A stretch of 64,000 nucleotides of DNA from positions 3,104,001-3,168,000 of the forward strand of contig OZ241744.1 in NCBI GenBank assembly GCA_965200965.1, given 5' to 3'. This DNA is from an uncultured Candidatus Binatia bacterium (GTDB lineage Bacteria; Desulfobacterota; Binatia; Bin18). This document shows positions 57,531-64,000 of this stretch, in pieces. Under the pieces are notes generated by a model. That model had not been told where the DNA came from, made no database searches, and saw only the letters and a program-made list of their open reading frames with translations. Both the position numbers and the translations under genes were made by a program. Positions within the stretch are counted from its first letter, which is position 1, and each line of letters starts with the position of its first letter.

Positions 57531-58699
57531 GCGAGGGGTCGGCCCACTGGATGTCCTCCCACACGACCAGCAGGGGACATTGGGCGGCCTGGCGCAGCAC
57601 GCCGGCGACAATCGCCTCTTGGCTGCGCTGCTTTTGGCGCTCGGGGCTTCCCTGCCAAGCCGTATAGCGTCGTCCAACGGGATGGACAGCAGGGCCGCGC
57701 GCAGCGGGATGACCTCGTGGTTGCCAAAGGGGTGATCGGCAAACAGGGTTTCCAGCCTGAACAGCTTATCCGCGGCCGGCTCCTCCCGCCAGACCTGGAC
57801 TTGGCGCTGGAAATACTCAATCTGGGGATAGAAGGCGCTATGTCGGAAGTGGTCTGAGCAACGAAACTCGATCTCGCTCCCGCCCTCAACCGGTATGCGT
57901 TCCTTGAGTTCCTGCACCAGACGGGATTTTCCGATTCCTGGCTCTCCACTCAGCAGCACGACCTGGCCGGTGCCGTTTTTGGCCTTCTGCCAACTGTTGA
58001 GCAAGGCTTCCAGCGTCTCCTGGCGGCCAACCAGGGGCGACAGACCGTGCCGAACCGCCACCCGAGAGCGGTCCCACATCCCGCTCTCGGCTATGACCTG
58101 ATAGGCTTGGACAGACCGCGGAGCGGACGCTCACCAGCGCCCGCCACTCCACAGCCCCTCAACCAGGCGGGCGGTCGCCCCGCTGATGACAACCGTATCG
58201 GGCCGGGCCAGGTTCTGGAGGCGCGCTGCGATATTCGGCGTCTCGCCTAGTGCCAGCCGTTCATGCCGACCACTACTTGGCCGGTATGAATCCCGACCCG
58301 CACCCGGACCGGCTTGGCAGCCTGCCTGAGCGGGGGTGAAGTGCACACCGCCTCAACGATGCGCAGACCAGCCCCCACGGCCTGGATCGCGTCATCCTCA
58401 TGGGCGACCGGATAACCAAAATAGACTAGCAGCCCATCGCCCAGGTATTGGGCGATGGAGCCGTCAAAGGCGACCACCACCTCCGCGCACAGCTCCTGGT
58501 AGGCGCGGATGACATCGCACAGCTCCTCCGGGTCGAGCCGTTCGGCCAGACGGGTTGAGCCCACCACATCGCAGAACAGGACGGGCAACTGCCGCCGCTC
58601 GGCCACAGGCCGGTCGACCCCGGACGACAGATCGGTTCCGCACTCATCACAAAACTTGGCCGCCGAGCGATTTTGCGTTCCCCAGCGTGGGCAGCGCAT
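57530..58699 (-). pseudogene. Zinc ribbon-class III adenylate cyclase-AAA ATPase, fragmented
   Basis: CPRW/CDEC, ERRQL..FCDVVGST and GDG; frameshift to [11 protein letters not shown]; then SGEPGIGKSRL; truncated near EDIQWADP. Confidence 0.85.
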
Positions 58700-58770
58700 A
58701 CGACCCTCTTCCCGTTATGAGACCCCGTTGAACGCTGCGTTCTCTGTCATGCCGGCGCGCAGTGGATCGT

Positions 58771-59925
58771 TCACCGGGCTGGACTCAAGGACGCTGGAGC
58801 CAGAAAGCGGGGCAGCGCGCAGGCCGTCAGCCCGAGCGCCGCCGCCAGCACGAGGGCCGCCCCAAGGACATGTAGTCGTTCGGTCACATAGCCGCCCAGC
58901 CACGGACCGAGGACAAGGCCGATGCTGAAGGCGACATTATAGAAACCAAACGCCTTGCCGGCCTGGCCGTGGATCAGCTCGTCCGCAATCAGCGGCATGG
59001 ACGGGGCCAGGGCGGCCGACAGGGCGATGATCACACCCAGAGCCAGGACAAAGAACCAGCCCGACTCCAAGGCCAAAAACAGGCCCGGAATCAGGAAGGC
59101 CGCGGCCACCAGGCCCAGGATCATCGGCTCCTGGCGGCCGCGCCGGTCTGACCAGGCACCGATCAGCGGTTGACACAGCAGGGCGGCCGCCCCCCAGGCG
59201 GCAAACAACAGGCCGATCTCGTGGCGCGACCAGCCGATGTGGGCGAGCTGGAGCGGGAGGAGCATCTCCATCGCGCCCAGCGCCGCGCAGGACACCAGAA
59301 TGACCAGACAGGCGCTGCTCAGACGCGACGACAGGACTTGGCGCAGGGCCGCAAGCGACAGGGGATCGTCGGACCCAGCCGCCGCTCGGCGGTCTGGAAT
59401 GACACAAAAGGCCAAGCCGGCCAGGACAAGGGGCAGGACGGCAAAATATGCAAACGGCTCACGCGCTTGGCCAAAACTGCCGAGGACCGGCCCGCCAATT
59501 GCCCCCAGACTGAAGGCGACCGGCACGATGCTCATTTCCAGCCCGCGCTGGTTTTTGTTGGCCAGGCGGGCGGCCAGCGGCAGGGTGGCCGCCCAGGTTG
59601 CCGAGGCGGCCACCCCTTGGGCAAGCCGACACGCCAGCAAAGGCCAGAAGCCCGACACGAGCGAAAACATCACCGCGGTCAGGCCCAGCAGCAGCATTCC
59701 GGCCGTGAGCCACAGACGCTCCCCGACCCGATCGACCACATGGCCAAAGGGCAGGTAGAGCAGGAGGGAGATCAGCCCATACGAGGCGTAAAAAATACCC
59801 GCCCAGGTTTCGGTCAGTTCCAGTTCACGCGCCAGGGTTGGCAGCACAGGGATAATCAGGGTATAGCCGACCGAGTCGGCAAACATGATAGCGGCGGCAA
59901 CGCCTAAGACACACCAGCGTGACAT
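58771..59925 (-). CDS. MFS transporter
   Basis: About 12 TM helices; GHVVDRVGER and WSDRRGR loop motifs. Confidence 0.9.
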   Translation of the reverse strand: MSRWCVLGVAAAIMFADSVGYTLIIPVLPTLARELELTETWAGIFYASYGLISLLLYLPFGHVVDRVGERLWLTAGMLLLGLTAVMFSLVSGFWPLLACRLAQGVAASATWAATLPLAARLANKNQRGLEMSIVPVAFSLGAIGGPVLGSFGQAREPFAYFAVLPLVLAGLAFCVIPDRRAAAGSDDPLSLAALRQVLSSRLSSACLVILVSCAALGAMEMLLPLQLAHIGWSRHEIGLLFAAWGAAALLCQPLIGAWSDRRGRQEPMILGLVAAAFLIPGLFLALESGWFFVLALGVIIALSAALAPSMPLIADELIHGQAGKAFGFYNVAFSIGLVLGPWLGGYVTERLHVLGAALVLAAALGLTACALPRFLAPASLSPAR

Positions 59926-60028
59926 CGTCCTCGTTTGACTCGTCCGTCAAGGGCAGGAGGTCAGGCCCTCCCCAACCGTAGGCGCTTTCCCGGCGTTCGG
60001 CAATAGCGGGATGGTCGTGCAGCAGGCG

Positions 60029-60823
60029 CTAGGGCAGGACCAGGGCCACACCGCCCAGCGCCCAGCAGTAATAGGCAAACGGCGAGAGACTGCGGTCCCG
60101 GGTCAGGCCGACCAGCAGCGGAATGCTGGCGTAGCCGACCCCGGCCGCGACTAGCGCACCGAGCGCATAGGACACCAGGTCAAGCCCGTTGACGACTGCT
60201 TCCCAGTGCGATGCGAGTTGCAGGACAAAAGCGCCGCCAACGGCCGGAATCGACAGCAGGAATGAATAGCGGACCAGCGGCCCGCGTTCCAGGCCGAGAA
60301 AGACGCCGGTCGCAATCGTGGTCCCCGAGCGGGACAGACCAGGAATGATCGCCAAGCCCTGAGCCAGCCCGATCAGCGCCGCGTCGCCCAGCCGTATCCC
60401 GGTCCTGCCCCGTGGCTGAACCCGGTCGGTGGCAAATAGCAGGCCGCCGGTGACCAGCAGGGCCAGCCCGGCGCTGTGGGGGTCGCTGAACAGGGCTTCG
60501 AACTGCTCACGAAAGCTGAGGCCGACCGCCATTGTCGGGAGCGAGCCGGCGATCAGCAGCCACAGCAAACGCCGTGAGGCCGCGGCCCCCGGATGGTGGG
60601 GAGAGACGCAGGCCACCGCCAGGAGAGACAGGTCGCGCCGAAAATAGACACATACCGCGGCCAGCGTGCCCAGATGCAGCACCGCGTCGAGCAGCCCGCC
60701 GGGCTGAGAGAAGCCGGGGATGGCGTACTGGGCCACCACCAGGTGGCCCGAACTGCTGACCGGCAGGAACTCGGTCAAGCCCTGGAGCAGGCCGAGCAGT
60801 GCAACCGGCAGGCTGACCCCCAC
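60029..60823 (-). CDS. uppP: Undecaprenyl-diphosphate phosphatase
   Basis: QGLTEFLPVSSSGH and PGLSRSGTT motifs. Confidence 0.95.
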   Translation of the reverse strand: MGVSLPVALLGLLQGLTEFLPVSSSGHLVVAQYAIPGFSQPGGLLDAVLHLGTLAAVCVYFRRDLSLLAVACVSPHHPGAAASRRLLWLLIAGSLPTMAVGLSFREQFEALFSDPHSAGLALLVTGGLLFATDRVQPRGRTGIRLGDAALIGLAQGLAIIPGLSRSGTTIATGVFLGLERGPLVRYSFLLSIPAVGGAFVLQLASHWEAVVNGLDLVSYALGALVAAGVGYASIPLLVGLTRDRSLSPFAYYCWALGGVALVLP

Positions 60824-60847
60824 AACTCGCCCTCTTGAGTGGAGTCT

Positions 60848-62050
60848 TCAGACCGAAAAGATATGGATGGAGGCCGCGGCGTTTTCTCCGCCAAGCACCC
60901 CACCCCCATTCTCGGTCAGCCCCACCCGCGCGCCGGGCACTTGGCGTTTATCGGCCTGACCGCGCAGCTGCCAAAAGATTTCGGCAATCTGGGCCACCCC
61001 GGTTGCCCCCACCGGATGGCCCTTGGCCAACAGGCCGCCGCTCGGGTTGACCGGCAGCCGGCCGCCCAGCGCGGTGGTGCCGTCGGCAACCAGTCGGCCG
61101 CCGCCGCCGGCCTCACACAGCCGCAACTCTTCGTACACCAGCAACTCGGCCGGCGCGGTGGCGTCGTGGACCTCAACAACGTCGAGTTCGCCCGGCCCAA
61201 TCCCGGCCATAGCGTAGGCTGTGTCGGCTACCTTGGTGACAATACCGGGGGCGTGCGGACCGGGCTCTTCGCTCGAGCCGAGCGTAGACGCTCTGACAAA
61301 GACCGGCCTGGAGGTGAACTGGCGGGCTTTGTCCGCCGTGGTGACGACGGCCGCGGCCGCCCCGTCGCCAATCGGGGAGCACATCATGCGGGTCAGCGGC
61401 TCGGCGATCAGCGGGGCGGCCAGAATCTCGTCAACGCTGCGCGGGGTCTGGTACTGGGCGTGCGGATTGAGGCTGCCGTTGGTGTGGTTTTTGGCCGCAA
61501 TCCGGGCGTAGTGCTCTTTGGTCGTGCCATACTCGGCCATGTGGCGGCGGGCCAGATTGGCGTAATAGTCCATGAACACACTGCGCGATTCACCCGCCCC
61601 GGCGCTCTGCTCTCCGCTCATTTCACGCGCAAACGCCTCGGCCCGCTCCAGGTCAATGGCGCTGCCAATAGCCTCAAAGGTCCGCCGTTTTTCAGTGTGA
61701 AAGAGCTTCTCCATGCCCAGGGCCAGCACCGTGTCATACAGGCCCGAGGCAACGTACAGCCAAGCCAGATGAAAGGCGGTGGACGAACTGGCGCAGGCGT
61801 TTTCGGTGTTAATGACCGGGATGCCGCCAATCCCCATCTCGCGCAGCACGACCTGGCCGCGAATGCACTCCTGGCCGGTGACGAGGCCGGCCACCGCGTT
61901 GCCGACTGCCGCGGCTTGCAGCGCGCGCCGCTCAAGGCCGGCCGCGCCCAGCGCGCGTTCCACGGCCTGCCGGGCCAAGTCTTTCATACTCCGATCGAGA
62001 TATTTGCCAAAACGGGTCATGCCCGCGCCGATAACTGCGACCTCTCGCAT
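60848..62050 (-). CDS. SCP2-type thiolase family protein
   Basis: ENACASS, EVHDA and KGHPVGATG motifs. Confidence 0.92.
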   Translation of the reverse strand: MREVAVIGAGMTRFGKYLDRSMKDLARQAVERALGAAGLERRALQAAAVGNAVAGLVTGQECIRGQVVLREMGIGGIPVINTENACASSSTAFHLAWLYVASGLYDTVLALGMEKLFHTEKRRTFEAIGSAIDLERAEAFAREMSGEQSAGAGESRSVFMDYYANLARRHMAEYGTTKEHYARIAAKNHTNGSLNPHAQYQTPRSVDEILAAPLIAEPLTRMMCSPIGDGAAAAVVTTADKARQFTSRPVFVRASTLGSSEEPGPHAPGIVTKVADTAYAMAGIGPGELDVVEVHDATAPAELLVYEELRLCEAGGGGRLVADGTTALGGRLPVNPSGGLLAKGHPVGATGVAQIAEIFWQLRGQADKRQVPGARVGLTENGGGVLGGENAAASIHIFSV

Positions 62051-62157
62051 ACGCGCCTCCTGTTTGCGCCGTAGTCCGCCTCATGTTCGCCAACCAACTC
62101 CAACATGATAGGCTGGACAGCTTAGCAGGCAGGACAGCAAACGCAAAGGAGACCGAC

Positions 62158-62388
62158 ATGGAAGACGCACTGGCGGTGGTGGGGCATTGGATCGGTTTAC
62201 TCAAGGCGGCCAAGTTTGCGGTGGCCGAGGTCAACCGCGACTGTGAGGAGCGCGTCGCCGCGGGGAGTGCGGAAGCCGAAGACGGGTTCCGCCACGACCT
62301 CGATACGGTCTTTGAAGCCCTGAGCGCCCTGCTCGTCCGCCTGGAGGAGCAAGCGGAAAGCCTGGAGGACGAGTTGGAGGACGAGTGA
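62158..62388 (+). CDS. Small acidic helical hypothetical protein
   Basis: AAGGAG RBS; 76-aa ORF filling the intergenic gap. Confidence 0.6.
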   Translation: MEDALAVVGHWIGLLKAAKFAVAEVNRDCEERVAAGSAEAEDGFRHDLDTVFEALSALLVRLEEQAESLEDELEDE

Positions 62389-62407
62389 GGGGCTGCCCGC
62401 CCCGCCG

Positions 62408-63349
62408 CTATGGCCCGGGCCGGCCCGAGTCCTGCCAGCGCAGCAGGCGAAAGCGGCCAGCCCCCAGCCGCTCCACAACGCCGGCCACCCGGCGCGTCAC
62501 CTGACTGTCATCCAGGAAGCCGACGCTCTCAATCGTCATCACGGTCGGCAGGCTCAGACTCCCCGAACGCCCATAGGCGGCCAGCAGGCCCGAGGCGTCA
62601 GGCCCGGACATCTCGGCCCGCTGCTCGGCAAGCTGCTCGGCCTCCTCGGCGTCAATGCCCAACACCGCCTGCAAGACCAGCGGGCCGGCCGTCATCAGGT
62701 TGACCCGGTCCGCCCCGTATACGGTAAAGACCTCGGTCAGAACGTGCTCGTACAGCTCGGGGCTGACCCCGCGCACCAGCACCAGCTCGTCCGGGGTGTC
62801 AAACGGGCCGTCCTTGGCCGGATAGGGCAGCGGCAGGCTGAGATAATAGTCGCTTTCAACGCCGTTCAGGCGCTCCAGCGGGTCCGGGTCGCGCCAGTCC
62901 AGAACGGCCGCGGCCAACTCCTGCGCCGGCTCGGGGGCCAGGTCAAGATGCTCAAAAATCTCCCGCAGGGCAGGCTCCTCAACGGTGTTGAGATTGACCT
63001 TGCCGCGCTCATCCCTGACCCGGACCCGATAGCCGCCGGCCCCAAACGCTTCGAGGACCCAGCGCCCGTCAGCCCGCAGCCAGATATCAACCGGGTCGGG
63101 ATCAGCCGACGGATCGAGCGCCCCCGGACTATTCGCCAAGTCCTCTCCGGCCTGGGCTGCCCGCAGGACAGCGTGCAGGGTCCGGTGAAAACCGGCCTGG
63201 GCCAGATAGTAGGCCCGGGTTTGCTGGGCATGGGTCAGGGCTGTCAGCGCCTCAACCCGCATCGTCTGCGACAGCTCAAAGGACACCACCATCAGCGCCA
63301 TCAGCGCCCACAACACCACAACCAGGACAAGGCCCTGCTCGTTTCTCAT
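62408..63349 (-). CDS. gspK: Type II secretion minor pseudopilin GspK
   Basis: QG-LVLVVVLW prepilin-like N-terminus; DERGKVNLN, DWRD.D and ELVLVRG motifs. Confidence 0.88.
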   Translation of the reverse strand: MRNEQGLVLVVVLWALMALMVVSFELSQTMRVEALTALTHAQQTRAYYLAQAGFHRTLHAVLRAAQAGEDLANSPGALDPSADPDPVDIWLRADGRWVLEAFGAGGYRVRVRDERGKVNLNTVEEPALREIFEHLDLAPEPAQELAAAVLDWRDPDPLERLNGVESDYYLSLPLPYPAKDGPFDTPDELVLVRGVSPELYEHVLTEVFTVYGADRVNLMTAGPLVLQAVLGIDAEEAEQLAEQRAEMSGPDASGLLAAYGRSGSLSLPTVMTIESVGFLDDSQVTRRVAGVVERLGAGRFRLLRWQDSGRPGP

Positions 63350-63369
63350 GCGTGTCGACGCCTCGGTGC

Positions 63370-64000
63370 CTAGCGCGGCTCCCGCCTTTGACGGCTGCCG
63401 CTCTGCGGGCTGGCCCGCAGTTCCGGGGGGGCGGTCTGGACCTGGATCGGGACCTCCACCTGCCACTCCAGGGGCAAGTGGCCGAGCCGGGCGTGCCAGA
63501 CGCAGCGGATGGCCTTGGGCAAACGCCCGTACTCCTGGCCGTCCCATTGGTCGGTCCACTCATCCTGGGTCTCGACCTGCCCGAAATAGCCCCAGCGTAA
63601 CTCGTCCACCTGGGCAAGCAGCCGGGATTCCTGCACCACGCCGCCCTCAACATCGTCGAGCAGGTCAACTGGCAGAACGGGGGCGCTGGCGCGGACCCAC
63701 AGGCCGAGCTGCCCGTCCTCTTCTCTGAGAAAATAGGTGATTTTGCTCAGCCCGCCCACTTCGGCGCGCCCGTCTCCAGAGATAAAACTCAATTCCTGCG
63801 GTCCACCAAAAAAATACACAAAGGGTTCGCCCTCGTCTTGGAGGGTGAGCGGGTAGGCCGATTTGAGTTGACGGGTCAGCAGCGACAGCGCGGCCCGGGC
63901 GTGCTGGTTGTCAAGCGCCCGCGCCGTTCCCCGCGCGGTGGCTTCGGCCCCGATATTGAGAGCGGTGTAGACCGCCACAATGATCAGACTGAAGATGGTC
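63370..64000 (-). CDS. gspJ: Type II secretion pseudopilin GspJ-like (5' end beyond window)
   Basis: Hydrophobic pilin helix at the window edge, W..W...LPKAI motif; directly upstream of gspK. Confidence 0.7.
   Translation of the reverse strand, partial: TIFSLIIVAVYTALNIGAEATARGTARALDNQHARAALSLLTRQLKSAYPLTLQDEGEPFVYFFGGPQELSFISGDGRAEVGGLSKITYFLREEDGQLGLWVRASAPVLPVDLLDDVEGGVVQESRLLAQVDELRWGYFGQVETQDEWTDQWDGQEYGRLPKAIRCVWHARLGHLPLEWQVEVPIQVQTAPPELRASPQSGSRQRREPR

Noticed and set aside
1-64000. tRNA, rRNA, integrase or IS elements at island borders
   Set aside because: None recognised by eye; a tRNAscan/Infernal/ISEScan run would be needed to exclude small or degenerate ones.

Overview
GC-rich bacterial chromosome window. 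The mix of F420-type oxidoreductases, MCM, Bat/MoxR, T2SS and PagL-like genes suggests a Gram-negative Binatota/deltaproteobacterial-type organism, but this is inference only. Housekeeping and metabolic blocks include luxE-luxC-class III aminotransferase, rnz, an extended YfhL ferredoxin, mcm, a MoxR-DUF58-BatABCD operon, degP, an XDH/Cox-like trio, lysA, uppP, a thiolase and gspJK. Three accessory islands interrupt them and all show decay of their toxic or nuclease parts. (1) Dcm-MORC-Z1 is followed by a 23-codon stub where a nuclease gene would be expected. (2) A glycine-zipper/helical two-gene module is followed by a frameshifted HEPN-like gene and a broken vapBC. (3) A direct-repeat-bounded patch at the batE 3' end carries a Dam-type MTase, an internally deleted REase-like gene and a duplicated MTase fragment. 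The most unusual locus spans 37-46 kb. There a CP-ATP-grasp/alpha-E pair with no transglutaminase or Anbu heads a tightly packed operon with RsbW, STAS, REC-PP2C, a periplasmic binding protein and a HAMP histidine kinase but no sigma factor. Just upstream is a nitrile hydratase alpha-activator fusion with no beta subunit in the window. A 1.7-kaa exonuclease-RecQ-UvrD double helicase is also present. No rRNA, tRNA, CRISPR array, integrase or intact transposase was seen. All family calls come from motif recognition, not database searches.
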